Shown here one piece after another: positions 29,716 through 39,978 of a DNA stretch of 64,000 bases. Origin of the DNA: Thermodesulfobacteriota bacterium (GTDB taxonomy: Bacteria; Desulfobacterota; Desulfarculia; JACQYL01); the NCBI GenBank assembly GCA_963675595.2, contig CAXXLZ010000002.1, positions 1,152,001 to 1,216,000 on the forward strand, in the 5' to 3' direction. A program made the translations under genes and the position numbers. How positions within the stretch are numbered: position 1 is the first letter of the stretch; each line of letters starts with the position of its first letter. The notes below the pieces were generated by a model. The model made no database searches. It saw nothing but the letters and a program-made list of their open reading frames with translations, and had not been told where the DNA came from.

Positions 29716-32442
29716 TCACCGCATTGGGTTCTGGTCGTCCTTCGGGCCTTTCGGCAAGGTTTCCACTACGAAATGCGTGCTGAAGAGCTCTTTGGCCAGA
29801 GACTTCACGGCATCCCGCCCGACTTCGCGAAGCAGGTCCGGGTATTTCTCCGAATAGTCCGCGCCCAATCCCGTGATCTCGTTCAATGCCGCGGTGTCCG
29901 CTCGGGACGTGAGCGTATCCAGCGAAATACGGTACGTGGTCGCCGCCAGATCCTTCGCCGTGTTCAGTTCCTTGTCGGTGAACTCTCCCGCAGCCGTTCG
30001 CTCCATCTGCCGCAGTATGATATCCCTCACCCGGTCCGCATCCTTCGGCTCGCACTGAGCCACCACGCGAAACAGGCCGCCGTCGGGATAGTATGAGGGA
30101 AAAGCGTGCACCACGTACACCAAGCTGCGGTCTCCGCCTCGAAGAGCCTGTTGCAGCCATCCTCCCGGATAGTGCATCCCCGAGGTCATCGCGTCGATAA
30201 CGTCCAAAACGGGCTTGCGGGGATCTGACAGAGGCAGCCCCGGATAAGCCACCAGCAATCCCGCCGCCGTCTTTTCGTTCCTTTTCACAACCGTACGATC
30301 ATCGGGAATCTTGAATTCCTCGGGATGTTCCGCCACGGCCGGCAGGTTTCCCGCGTGCAATCCTCCAAAATATTTCCGGATCAAAAGCGAAACCTGCTCC
30401 GGGTCCACATCGCCGAACACGGCCACCACCATGTGGTCGGGTTTCACCAGTTCGTCGTGAAACCTCACCAGGTCCTCCCGTGTAAAGGACTTCACCGATT
30501 CCTCATTGCCGAACACATCCTGAGCCGAGTCGTTCTTCTTGAACTGTGTTTCCCTGAAGATTCGATCCACCTCCTCGATCCAATATTCATTCTTCCGTCG
30601 CATGTTCAACAAGGTGTCTCGACGCAGCTTCTCCATTTCGTCCTGAGGGAAATCCGGACGAAGCAGCACCGCGGCCGCCAGAGAAAGAAAGGAATCCAGG
30701 TCCCGACTGAGTACTTGTCCCCTGAGGTAATAGGTGTTTCGTCCGGAGCCCGTGGATAGATTGGCGCCCAGGTCCTCTACGGTACGGGCGATTTCGGAAG
30801 CATCCATCCCGCCGGCTCCTCGAGTCAGCATGTCCGTCATGAAGGAGCAGAGACCGGCCTTGCCTTCCGGATCATAAGGAGTTCCCCCGTTACCGTACAG
30901 GCTCACGGCCGCCATGGGAAGGGAAGTATCCCTCTGCACCAGCACCTTCAGGCCGTTTTCCAGGGTAAAGGTCCGTATGGGAGCCGACGCGCCTACCTCG
31001 GATGTTTTCAGCGCCTCCAGTTTCTCCCGCGACTCGGGATTCAACACCGCAAGGGTAAAGCGATGTCGGTCCAGGTAGGTTTGGGCGGCTTGTTTCACCT
31101 GTTCCGCGGTCACGGCCTGGATCCGATCCGTATAAGATCGATTGAAGTAGATGTCTCCCGTGCCATAGAGCGAATAAGCCAAGTCCCCCGCCGCTGCGGA
31201 AGCCGCCTGCAGGCCGTAGACGTACTGCGTCTCCACTTTGGTCTTGGCGCGCTCCAGTTCCTCCGACGTCGGCCCTTCCTTACGAATGCGGTCGATCTCG
31301 TTCCATGTTATGTCCAGCGCCCGGTCCACCTGATCCGGAGCCAATGTCATGGATACGGCGAATATGCCGGGAGCGAAATGAGGCGTCCAGCTCGAGGAGG
31401 ATACGCTCAGCACCACGGACTCACGCTCCTTCAAGGCTTGGTAGAGGCGCGAGGTACGGCCGGACCCCAAAATCATGGAAAGCACGTCCAGGGCGTAAAG
31501 GTCGGGATTCGTCAGAGAAATGGAAGGAAAGCCCAGTTCCAGGCGCGTCACCTGCGTAAGCTTGGAAGTCGCTTCCACCCGCCTGGGGCCCACTTGAGCC
31601 GGTTCCTCGGGAATGTACACCGGAGCCGCGGTGGTCCTGGGATAATCCCCGGCCGCGGCCAGGACCTGCTTGAGAGCGGCTTCCAGGTCCAGTTTGCCTG
31701 CCACCGCCAAAATCATGTTCGAAGGAACGTACCGGGCCTGATAGTAGGCCTGCAGTTCCTCCCGAGTCACCCGGCGAAACTGGTCCAGGTAGCCGATAAT
31801 GGGGTGCCGGATGGGGTGCTCCCGATAGGCCGTTTCCGAGAAAAGCTGCCAGAGCTCCCGATCCGGATTGTTTTGGTTCATGAGAATCTCGCGCTCAATG
31901 ACCTTGTGCTCCCGCGCGACCTCGGCGGGGTCCAACGTGCATTCCAGCGCGTAGGACAGCAGCAGGTCCAGCGCCGTCCCAAATTTGTCCGGCGTGGTGT
32001 CGATATAATATACGGTTCGGTCGTATGAAGTGTACGCATTGGTGTTCCCGCCCAACTCCTCCAGGATTTTGTTGTTTTCCTTCTCGGAACGTTGGGTGGT
32101 GGTGCCTCCGGAAACCACGTGCTCCAGAAAGTGAGTCAAGCCCGCTCCCACGTTCCGGCCTTCGTAGATGGACCCCGTTTTGATGAAAATCTGTGAGGAC
32201 ACCAGGGGAGCATCGGGCATGCTCCGAAGGAGCACTTCCATCCCGTTTTTGAGCGTCACCCATAAATCCGACGCGAGGGTGGGGTGGACCATTTCGATGG
32301 CCGCCGTTTCCTGCGGCGTCAGGTCGAGCACCGGAGTGCGGATTGCGCCCTCGGGACCCAGCCCGCCCACGGCGGCCGGAACCATCCATGCAAGCAGGAA
32401 CAGTGAAAGAAAAAGAGTTGCATAAGCGTTGCGACGCGGCAT
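29716..32442 (-). CDS. M16 (pitrilysin-family) zinc peptidase
   Basis: HFLEH inverted zinc motif, NAYTSYDRT, duplicated halves, signal peptide. Confidence 0.93.
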   Translation of the reverse strand: MPRRNAYATLFLSLFLLAWMVPAAVGGLGPEGAIRTPVLDLTPQETAAIEMVHPTLASDLWVTLKNGMEVLLRSMPDAPLVSSQIFIKTGSIYEGRNVGAGLTHFLEHVVSGGTTTQRSEKENNKILEELGGNTNAYTSYDRTVYYIDTTPDKFGTALDLLLSYALECTLDPAEVAREHKVIEREILMNQNNPDRELWQLFSETAYREHPIRHPIIGYLDQFRRVTREELQAYYQARYVPSNMILAVAGKLDLEAALKQVLAAAGDYPRTTAAPVYIPEEPAQVGPRRVEATSKLTQVTRLELGFPSISLTNPDLYALDVLSMILGSGRTSRLYQALKERESVVLSVSSSSWTPHFAPGIFAVSMTLAPDQVDRALDITWNEIDRIRKEGPTSEELERAKTKVETQYVYGLQAASAAAGDLAYSLYGTGDIYFNRSYTDRIQAVTAEQVKQAAQTYLDRHRFTLAVLNPESREKLEALKTSEVGASAPIRTFTLENGLKVLVQRDTSLPMAAVSLYGNGGTPYDPEGKAGLCSFMTDMLTRGAGGMDASEIARTVEDLGANLSTGSGRNTYYLRGQVLSRDLDSFLSLAAAVLLRPDFPQDEMEKLRRDTLLNMRRKNEYWIEEVDRIFRETQFKKNDSAQDVFGNEESVKSFTREDLVRFHDELVKPDHMVVAVFGDVDPEQVSLLIRKYFGGLHAGNLPAVAEHPEEFKIPDDRTVVKRNEKTAAGLLVAYPGLPLSDPRKPVLDVIDAMTSGMHYPGGWLQQALRGGDRSLVYVVHAFPSYYPDGGLFRVVAQCEPKDADRVRDIILRQMERTAAGEFTDKELNTAKDLAATTYRISLDTLTSRADTAALNEITGLGADYSEKYPDLLREVGRDAVKSLAKELFSTHFVVETLPKGPKDDQNPMR

Positions 32443-32585
32443 GAAAGCCTCCTAGATGATCGTGTACGGCACTCGGCCGTTGCCAACGGAACTCCGAATT
32501 ACGAAACGGCCGGTTCACTCTATTCGTTAGTCGTTCGGAAACCGTCGGGAGGGATTCGTTTAGTGGAGAAAAGGCAACGATCCCC

Positions 32586-33227
32586 CTACATCACCGTGGC
32601 CACGTCCTTTTCCCCTGCGGCCTGCCGCAGGAAGTCCGCCAACAGCCAGGCTTCAATGGCCAGGCACTCCATGTCCAGGTAGCGTTCCGCCCGCCGCTGG
32701 AAGAGCACCAGGCACTGGGCGGGAAATTCCTCGTCCACGTCGTTGAACAGCAGCAGCATGGGCACCCGCGACAGCGCGTCGAACCGGAAACGCAGCTGAT
32801 AGTTCCAATCCAACCCAGGGTCCGTTCCATCGAGACGCACACAGGCCCCGCGCAGTTCTTCCAGTCGGTCGCTGAACCGCCGGGCCAGGGAACGCTCCGA
32901 ATTGGTCTGAAACCCACCCACAAAGGGGGCCGCATCCTTGAAGTCCCGGTAGGCCACCCAGTCCTCCTCCCCCAAAGGTTCCGGATCGGGAAACATCAGC
33001 AGGTACTTGCACAGAACCACCTTGACGGCGTGCAGAGGCTCCGCGCCCCGAGGGTCCTTGATGCCCTCGGGAGCAACGCGGTAGAGGCGGGAGAAGAAGG
33101 GAACCACGACGCTTCCCTCCGAGAACTCGCACCCCATGCGACGCGCCAGGGCTTCCAGGTCCAACTCCCCAATCTGCTTTAAATAATCACGATAAACCTT
33201 CTCGAAAATCGGGGCCTGTTTATCCAT
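32586..33227 (-). CDS. DUF3786-family protein
   Basis: WVAYRDFKD, ALSRVP..DEEFPAQC..LF..YLDMECL. Confidence 0.85.
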   Translation of the reverse strand: MDKQAPIFEKVYRDYLKQIGELDLEALARRMGCEFSEGSVVVPFFSRLYRVAPEGIKDPRGAEPLHAVKVVLCKYLLMFPDPEPLGEEDWVAYRDFKDAAPFVGGFQTNSERSLARRFSDRLEELRGACVRLDGTDPGLDWNYQLRFRFDALSRVPMLLLFNDVDEEFPAQCLVLFQRRAERYLDMECLAIEAWLLADFLRQAAGEKDVATVM

Positions 33228-33228
33228 C

Positions 33229-34005
33229 CTAATCGATCTCCTTACCCACCCAACGGATTCTGCCCAACACGTAATAAGGCACGCCCTTGTCCGCTTCGAT
33301 CTCGATGGCGAAAGGCTGGAAGGATGGGTTGTCCGACATGCAGACCAGGGAAGGTCTCGTCGGGTTTTCGTTCAATACCAAACGCTTCACCGCCACGCCG
33401 CCGTCGGGCTGCCGCACCAGATAGATTTTTCCCGGCCGCACCTTCGTCCGTTCCGCTTCGCCGGTGTCCACCAGGGCCATTTCCCCGGGATTGATGGTGG
33501 GGGTCATGGAATCTCCCCGAATGCGCACCAGACGGAGACTCTCCTGGCGGTGGGGGTCCTTGCCCACCAGCCTCTCGATCCACCAGTGCTGGAACGGATA
33601 GGAATCGGAGACGTTTTCACAGAGAAGTTCCCCCTCGGGTCCCGCCGTCACCCGTGATTCCAATACCGGAACGAAAAAGAAACGGGCGTCCTTTCCGGGG
33701 CCTCCGGACACCGCCGATCCCCGGCCCAGAAGCAGCCAGGACGGACTGACATCAAAAGAATTACACAAACGAACAATAAATTCCACGCTTGGCCGTCGTT
33801 TCCGCAGAAGATAATTGCTCAGAGTGGAAAGGTTCACGCCCAGCTTCGCGGCGAATTTCTCCTGAGTAAGACCGGACTCCCGGAAAATCTCCCCAATACG
33901 ATTTGTTAATTCAATCGGAAGGTTATCTTCCATATCCTCCATTCCGACCTCTTCGGACCCGAGCACGGAAGACGCCGAAGGATCAGGCGTGGTTTCGGAT
34001 TTCAT
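33229..34005 (-). CDS. CI/LexA-like repressor (XRE HTH + S24 peptidase)
   Basis: LTQEKFAAKLGV..WLLLG HTH; AG cleavage site, GDSMTP, VKRL. Confidence 0.92.
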   Translation of the reverse strand: MKSETTPDPSASSVLGSEEVGMEDMEDNLPIELTNRIGEIFRESGLTQEKFAAKLGVNLSTLSNYLLRKRRPSVEFIVRLCNSFDVSPSWLLLGRGSAVSGGPGKDARFFFVPVLESRVTAGPEGELLCENVSDSYPFQHWWIERLVGKDPHRQESLRLVRIRGDSMTPTINPGEMALVDTGEAERTKVRPGKIYLVRQPDGGVAVKRLVLNENPTRPSLVCMSDNPSFQPFAIEIEADKGVPYYVLGRIRWVGKEID

Positions 34006-34059
34006 GTTCCCCCCCTCAAGATCACCCCTGCGAAGTTTCTCCAAACGGCTAAACAACGA

Positions 34060-34101
34060 TTGACAATTATCGTCATTTGGGTAATAATGGACCCACAAAT
34101 G
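34060..34101 (+). promoter_or_regulatory. Sigma-70 promoter with overlapping inverted repeats (putative operator) for the gam operon
   Basis: TTGACA-N17-AATAAT; TGAC-N7-GTCA and TCATTTG..CAAATGA inverted repeats. Confidence 0.6.
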
Positions 34102-34172
34102 AGGAAGCGTTCGCCGAACGTTTCCACCTGACCCTTGAAGACGCGAGCCGTCAACATCCCAAGGAGGCCGTG

Positions 34173-34697
34173 ATGATCCGAAAGAAATCCGCACCACCCG
34201 TGGCCGTCACCTCCGTGGCGGAAGCCGACCGGACCCTTCGGGAAATGGGAAGGCTTCAACTGGCCCTTGACGAGCTGGATCGCAAAGCCCGCGACCGGAT
34301 TCACGAAATCAAGACCCGGACGGTGAAGGACTCCGCTCCCTTGGCGGAACGGTTAAAGGAACTGGAAGCCGGTCTCAACGCCTTCGCCGACTCCCATCGG
34401 GAAACCCTCTTCGCCGAGAGGCGCAGCATCGCCCTGGTGTTCGGCGCTTTCGGGTGGCGCAAATCCACTTTGATCAAGCCCGCGCCCAAAGGAACCTGGG
34501 CGGACATCCTGTCCCGCATCAAGGAGTCCGGTCTAACCAGGGCCGTGCGCATACGGGAGGACGTGGATCGCGACGAACTTCACCGCTGGTCCGACGAAGA
34601 GCTCCGTCTCGTGGGAGCGCGACGCATGGTCAAGGAATCCTTCTGGTACGAATTGGCCCGTGAGGGCGTTACCGAAAAGGCGGTGTCCCATGGCTGA
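34173..34697 (+). CDS. gam: Mu Gam-like host-nuclease inhibitor / DNA end-binding protein
   Basis: AAGGAGG RBS; coiled coil followed by LF..RRSI.LVFGAFGWRKS, VRIREDVDRD, ESFWYE. Confidence 0.88.
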   Translation: MIRKKSAPPVAVTSVAEADRTLREMGRLQLALDELDRKARDRIHEIKTRTVKDSAPLAERLKELEAGLNAFADSHRETLFAERRSIALVFGAFGWRKSTLIKPAPKGTWADILSRIKESGLTRAVRIREDVDRDELHRWSDEELRLVGARRMVKESFWYELAREGVTEKAVSHG

Positions 34698-35037
34698 AGC
34701 GATGACCATGCCCATTCTTCGAAAAGAAGGAGGGAACCCCGAAGCGGCGCGGGACTCCTTTACCCCCGCGTTCCGGGAACGGAACATCCCCCGACCCGCC
34801 ACGTCGTGGGACTCCCTCGAAGGTTCCGACTTCATGCGTTGCCGGCGCATGCGATGCGTCCTACGCAAGAGCGTATGCATACGGCGGCAGGAAATCAAGG
34901 ACTGGGACGGTACGCCCGGGTATCTCGAATGCCATGGGTGTCGGGACGGACTGCGGATCCGTGCCGAGTTCCTGAGAAATCGAGAGCGCCCGTCCTTCCG
35001 GCGAAAACGCTCACGATGGCAAACCAACCCTGCTTGA
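34690..35037 (+). CDS. Small Cys-rich putative Zn-binding protein
   Basis: Overlaps the gam stop; C-x4-C..C-x2-RQ..CHGC. Confidence 0.65.
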   Translation: MAEAMTMPILRKEGGNPEAARDSFTPAFRERNIPRPATSWDSLEGSDFMRCRRMRCVLRKSVCIRRQEIKDWDGTPGYLECHGCRDGLRIRAEFLRNRERPSFRRKRSRWQTNPA

Positions 35038-35498
35038 ACCTCGAAAGGCCTCCCATGAAATCCCCCAAAAGACCTGCGGGCCGCAAGGGAACGACCCGGA
35101 CGGCCCGACGACCCGGCAAAGCCCCCATGGAGCCGTTCTTTGAAATCGACCCTTTTCAGTGGGTCATCGACATGCAGCTTCAATCCCTGTGCGGATTGCT
35201 GGAACGAGCCGCCGCCCCGCCTAAGCCCGGTGAAGGACAGCGCAGAGCACCCTACGTCCAGGTGGTTTCCGTCACCCGCACCTACGATGCATACGCCCGA
35301 AAGGAAGCCGTGGAGAACGCCCTGATCGGGGCCTATGACCGGAAGTACCGCCCCCGAAAAAAATCCGTGGAGGAACGCGTCGTGGAACTCCTGCTTCAGG
35401 GCCATACGGACCGTGAAATCGCCCGATTGCTCGCTCTGGGCAAAGGAACCGTTCATCGCATCAAGAAGGTTCTGCGGGATCGCGAAAGAGCCGCCTGA
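35016..35498 (+). CDS. C-terminal HTH DNA-binding protein
   Basis: LLLQGHTDREIARLLALGKGTVHRIKK. Confidence 0.7.
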   Translation: MANQPCLNLERPPMKSPKRPAGRKGTTRTARRPGKAPMEPFFEIDPFQWVIDMQLQSLCGLLERAAAPPKPGEGQRRAPYVQVVSVTRTYDAYARKEAVENALIGAYDRKYRPRKKSVEERVVELLLQGHTDREIARLLALGKGTVHRIKKVLRDRERAA

Positions 35499-35577
35499 AC
35501 CCTTCGCACGCATGTCCGCGTCATGAGTCCGTGCCGTCGTCCCACCGCCGCACTTCGGACGGCTTCACCCACCGACC

Positions 35578-35799
35578 TTGGGAGAATCCATATTGAAACG
35601 TCTCCATCGATATGTACCTTTGGAGGATCTGGTGCGCTACTGCATGGAGGAAGGCGCGAGTCCGGAAGAAGCCCAAACCCGGGCCGTGACCATCCATCGG
35701 GCCATGAACACTTTGGCCGTGGCCGAAAAACGCCGGGAGGCCAAACAAAGAAGGGTGATGGCCGCCTTGAGGCAAACCGCCGGCGGCCTTGAGCCCTGA
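35578..35799 (+). CDS. Hypothetical helical protein (start uncertain)
   Basis: Protein-like 73-aa ORF at the end of the gam operon. Confidence 0.4.
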   Translation: MGESILKRLHRYVPLEDLVRYCMEEGASPEEAQTRAVTIHRAMNTLAVAEKRREAKQRRVMAALRQTAGGLEP

Positions 35800-35966
35800 T
35801 CCATAACCGCGTTAGACTGAATGCCTCGCGGCCCAATCGTATCGCCGTAAGCATTTGGAGGGGTATCCGGGACAACTTTTAAAAAAGTTCCCCCGTGAGC
35901 GCCTACTCTGAGGGAATCCTTTGTGAAAAAAGGGCTCCATCGAGCTCCTTCCACAAAGTATAGACG

Positions 35967-36085
35967 TTTCACTATGTGGGACGGCAGATGCTGCTCGTTT
36001 TGCGAATCGCGTACGCGATTCGCAAAAGCGCAACGGGGGTGCGGGGGGACGGCGTTCCCCTGCGGCACGCCCCTTGAATAGATAC
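35967..36085 (+). repeat. Dispersed palindromic repeat family D (second copy ~37051-37190)
   Basis: Palindrome TTTTGCGAATCGCGTACGCGATTCGCAAAA with conserved flanks. Confidence 0.8.
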
Positions 36086-36110
36086 GCATCGCCGACCTCA
36101 GGCCCTATGG

Positions 36111-36644
36111 ATGGAAGACATGGCCGTCGCGGGATTATTGAACGATTCCCTCTACCTCTTTCGAAACGCCCTGATTGAGGGTCCGGTGCTGGACCTGGCG
36201 TGCGGGGACGGACAAAACGGTCTCGCCGTGGCCGCATTGGGCTATCAAGTGATCGGAATGGACGTATCTCCTCGAGCGTTGGACCGGGCACGGAAGGCGG
36301 CCGCGGAGGCCGAAATTCGGGCCGAATATCTGCAAACGGACCTGGAGGCGGAAGGCGTCAACCCCTTGCCGGAAGACGCCTACGGAGCCGTCTTGGTCTT
36401 CCGTTATCTGCATCGGCCCTTGATGCCGTGCATCCGGAAGGCCTTGAAGCCCGGCGGTGTGCTCATCTACGAAACCTTCACCACGGAACAACGCCGGTAC
36501 GGAAAACCCAAGAATCCCGACTTCCTGCTGCGGCCCGGTGAGCTGAGAGCCTGGTTTGCGGACTGGGAAATCCTGCATGACTTCGAGGGTATTCTACCGG
36601 ACCCGGAACGCGCCGCGGCCCAACTCGTGGCCCGCAAGCCCTGA
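36111..36644 (+). CDS. Class I SAM-dependent methyltransferase (TehB-like)
   Basis: VLDLACGDGQN, FRYLHR, LKPGGVLIYETF, LLRPGEL. Confidence 0.9.
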   Translation: MEDMAVAGLLNDSLYLFRNALIEGPVLDLACGDGQNGLAVAALGYQVIGMDVSPRALDRARKAAAEAEIRAEYLQTDLEAEGVNPLPEDAYGAVLVFRYLHRPLMPCIRKALKPGGVLIYETFTTEQRRYGKPKNPDFLLRPGELRAWFADWEILHDFEGILPDPERAAAQLVARKP

Positions 36645-36706
36645 TCCCGTGTTCGGCGGCTTTTTGGAAGGGCCCGGCCGCCCCGGGCTGCCCGGCTTCG
36701 GATAAC

Positions 36707-36952
36707 TCAACCCGCTGCGCGGATATATTCGTCCAGCACCCGGCGGACGTCCGGGAGGCATCACCCCCCCTTGGGATTCGTGGTCCCGCACCGACAGGCT
36801 CCCGCCCGCTTTTCCATCACAATGCGCTCCAATATGGTGGAACGGCCCGCCTCGGCCCAATCCTTTTCAATGTCCCCGCGCGTATAACCGAAACAGAAGC
36901 AAACCGTGTCCCCCGCACGCGGCAGGATCGGTGTATGGGAAAGCACGTCCAT
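36707..36952 (-). CDS. BFD-like [2Fe-2S]/CopZ-N-type protein, probable selenoprotein (UGA at 36761-36763)
   Basis: VCFCFGY..ACRCGTTNPKGG-TGA-CLPDVRRVLDEYIRAAG; hairpin CCCGG-N7-CCGGG after the UGA. Confidence 0.8.
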
Positions 36953-37276
36953 GGTTGTACACCCTTCGGCAAAAACTTTGTTCGCATTCACGGGGGGGAT
37001 TTTTCAAAAAGTCTCTCCCCCCCCGGTACTCCCTTTCAAACTTAAAGGAATTTAATACGTTGGACGGCACATGCAGCTCGTTTTGCGGATCGCCTACGCG
37101 ATTCGCAAAAGCGCAACGGGGGGCCATGGGTCCCCCGGCAGGGGGTGCGGGGGGACGGCGTCCCTCTGCGCCACGCCCCGTGAATGGATATCCCTGGCCG
37201 GTGCGGCCATGTTCAAAGAGCTTATCGGCGGCCGGGGATTACTTCTCGCCCCCCGCTACTTTTGACTCACGCACTT

Positions 37277-37432
37277 AGACGGCCTGTTGGAAAAGGCCGG
37301 TTGGCGTGGGCTGCTGAAAAACGATGAGATGCAAGGCGCGCAAGTCCCAAGGAGTGAGACGTACTAAGAGTACGTCGCAATGACGAGGGACGAAGCGCAA
37401 CGCCGCAGGTCGCGTTTTTCTGCAGACCACTA
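37277..37432 (+). repeat. MITE-like family B (also ~11795-11940 and ~39865-39975)
   Basis: Shared AACGA(T/G)GA..GCA(A/G)GGCGCG..CAACGCCG/CACCGCCG..GTTTT. Confidence 0.65.
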
Positions 37433-38899
37433 AAGCCCGGTCTCCAGGCGAAGCAATTCCCCGTGCTTGATTTCCAGCCCTTGAGCCGCAGGAAGCGGCT
37501 CTTCCATACCTTCCACGTAGCAATTCAAATCATATGCGCCCGGAGGCACGGCGTAGGGTTTCCATAGAGGGTAATCCCCGTTGGAGGCCTGAACGACCTT
37601 CAGCACGATTTTCCCGTTTCCGGTTGCGAGCAGTTCCCAGGAGGCGACTTGGGAGTCTTGGGGTTTCACCAGCACGATGCCGGAATCCACGGTCACCGTG
37701 GCGACCTTACCCTCCTCGATGCGCACGTCTTCTGCGAGGACCACCGGGTCTTCCGGAGTCTTCCGATACAGGTAGGAACGTTTGTAGTGGACGGCGAACT
37801 GATACAACCCCGCCGGAAGGGGCTTGGTCTTATAGAAGTAGTAATCGTTGCCCGTATACGGGAGAACCAGGGAGAACTCGGGGTCGTCCGCCTTGAGCAC
37901 CATCACCGCTCCCACGGGTGCATCTTTCAGAGAGTCCGCCACGTTCAGGGCCATGCCGCCCAAGGACACTTCAGCGGTTTCGCCGCCCTCCACCGTCCAA
38001 TCACCGAAAGACACCTCGGAATCGGGTTTGTAATTGGAGTTGGCGAAGCCCGCGATCAGCTCATATTCCCCGCTCAGCAGTGGATGAGTCGAATCCTTGC
38101 CCGGGTCTTCGATGGTCTTGATGAGCTTGCCGTCGCTCTTGCGAACAAGTTTCAGCACATGCAGACTCACGGTCGTTTCCGGAGGCATGGTGATGTGGAG
38201 CTTGCCCAGCTTGCTCGTCGCCCGTTTGGTGGTGGTTTTGGCCTTTTCCACCTTTTCAGCCACTTCCCGCCCCACCAGCTGGAACGCGTCCAGCAATCCC
38301 GCGGCGTCCGCGGCGGAAAAGTAGCGGCCGCCGCCGGCTTCGGCGAAACACGTAAGCTGCCGCTTCTGCGCTTCATTCACATCGAACCCGATGACATGAA
38401 GGATGAAACGGGCACCGCTTTTTTTGAGCGCTCCAATGGTCCCGCACGGGTCCGGGTCGCAGGTCTCCTCCCCGTCGCTCACCAGAACGATGATGGTTTC
38501 AGCGTCCCGGCTCCCCAAAGACTCGGCGGCCTTTTTCACCGATGCCGCCATGGGGGTCTTGCCGTGAGGCTGAATGTTCTCCACACGGCCTAACAGGGCC
38601 TGCCGATCGTTGCTCCCCGCCGGCACCAAGATTTCGATGTCGTCGCAGGAGCTTTCCCGAGAATGCCCGTACACGGTCAATCCCGTGAGGACTTCCGGCG
38701 GCAGTTCCGGAATCGTTTGGCGCATCACTTCCTTGGCGGCGTCGATTTTGGTCCGCCCCTGCACCTTGCCCCACATGCTCCCCGAGGCGTCCAAAATGAA
38801 CATGATTTCAGGATAAGATTGGGCTTCCGAAGGAGTGCTGATCAAGAACACCGGAAACAACAAGATGAATATCCACGGAATGGGAAAACGTTTCGCCAT
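37430..38899 (-). CDS. Secreted VWA-domain protein
   Basis: Signal peptide; MIDAS DASGS, T, SDGEETC. Confidence 0.9.
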   Translation of the reverse strand: MAKRFPIPWIFILLFPVFLISTPSEAQSYPEIMFILDASGSMWGKVQGRTKIDAAKEVMRQTIPELPPEVLTGLTVYGHSRESSCDDIEILVPAGSNDRQALLGRVENIQPHGKTPMAASVKKAAESLGSRDAETIIVLVSDGEETCDPDPCGTIGALKKSGARFILHVIGFDVNEAQKRQLTCFAEAGGGRYFSAADAAGLLDAFQLVGREVAEKVEKAKTTTKRATSKLGKLHITMPPETTVSLHVLKLVRKSDGKLIKTIEDPGKDSTHPLLSGEYELIAGFANSNYKPDSEVSFGDWTVEGGETAEVSLGGMALNVADSLKDAPVGAVMVLKADDPEFSLVLPYTGNDYYFYKTKPLPAGLYQFAVHYKRSYLYRKTPEDPVVLAEDVRIEEGKVATVTVDSGIVLVKPQDSQVASWELLATGNGKIVLKVVQASNGDYPLWKPYAVPPGAYDLNCYVEGMEEPLPAAQGLEIKHGELLRLETGL

Positions 38900-39336
38900 G
38901 CGGTCCCCCTCTCATCGCTATAATTGTTTGAACGACCGGGCCGAATTCGTCGGGCCCATGCTTCCTTGAACATCGGTCCACGCGGATGATTTCCCGGAGA
39001 CACGCAGGTGCCCCCTGTCGAACGAAATCGGATTTCATCGGCTTTCGGAATGATGATTCATCATAAAGCACAATCAAAGGCCAGCTCAAGGGGCATCCGA
39101 GAACCGATGACAAATTCCTCCGGCTTCTCCGCCGAAAAAGGTGAGGACTTTTTCAGGAGCCAAGCCGTAAATCCCTGCCGAAATTCCTTTCTGATCGGAA
39201 GCTTTCCGCCGGCATGTGTTTTTCTGGACTTGCACACCCTCCTCTCTTATGATCCGAAGTCCGACAGGCACGGTTTGGCCGGACTCGTGTCCTTTCGAAC
39301 CGACGCCGCGGATCAAACTCATTCCGGAGACCTGTT

Positions 39337-39738
39337 TTGGATTCCCTGACATTCGCAAAAGAAGTAGTGGCCCGAGACCCCATGGCGCGGTTTCTGGGCA
39401 TTGTATTGGAGGAAGCGCGTGAAGGCTTCGCCAGGCTGTCCCTGCACATCAAACCGGAGTACACCAACGCCCTGGACCGGGTCCACGGCATGGCGGTATG
39501 TTCCCTGGCCGACCAAGCCGTAGCGGTGGCGTCCAACAGCGTGAACAACCCGGCTTTGGTCCTCGAAACGAAGATCAACTATCTCGCGGGAACGAAGAGC
39601 GGTCGGACTCTGTACGCGGAGGCGGAATCGGTGGACGTGAAGCGAAAGATCAGTCTTTGGCGGGTGAGGGTCACCGACGACGAAGGCGTGCTCGTGGCGT
39701 CCGCCGAAAGCCTGGCGTACCACAAGGGCGAATCATGA
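39337..39738 (+). CDS. PaaI-family hotdog thioesterase
   Basis: N..VHG..SLADQA, INYL. Confidence 0.88.
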   Translation: MDSLTFAKEVVARDPMARFLGIVLEEAREGFARLSLHIKPEYTNALDRVHGMAVCSLADQAVAVASNSVNNPALVLETKINYLAGTKSGRTLYAEAESVDVKRKISLWRVRVTDDEGVLVASAESLAYHKGES

Positions 39739-39978
39739 CGGAAGTCGCGATGCCGCGATTTCCCCTTAACCGGATGATTGCAGACCGGCAAAGAACGAGG
39801 TAGGCATTCATGGGAGTCCGGGGGAACATGGGTCCCCCGGCGACCCTGTGATTCAATACAAAACGAGGACGGCAGGGCGCGAAAATCCCGAAGCATGAAG
39901 ACTACATGGAAGTGCGTCGCATCAACGAGGGATGAAACGCACCGCCGCAAATCGCGTTTTACACCGGCCCGTCAAGCC

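Noticed and set aside
33229-35799. Intact prophage
   Set aside because: No transposase/integrase, terminase or structural genes, and no att sites
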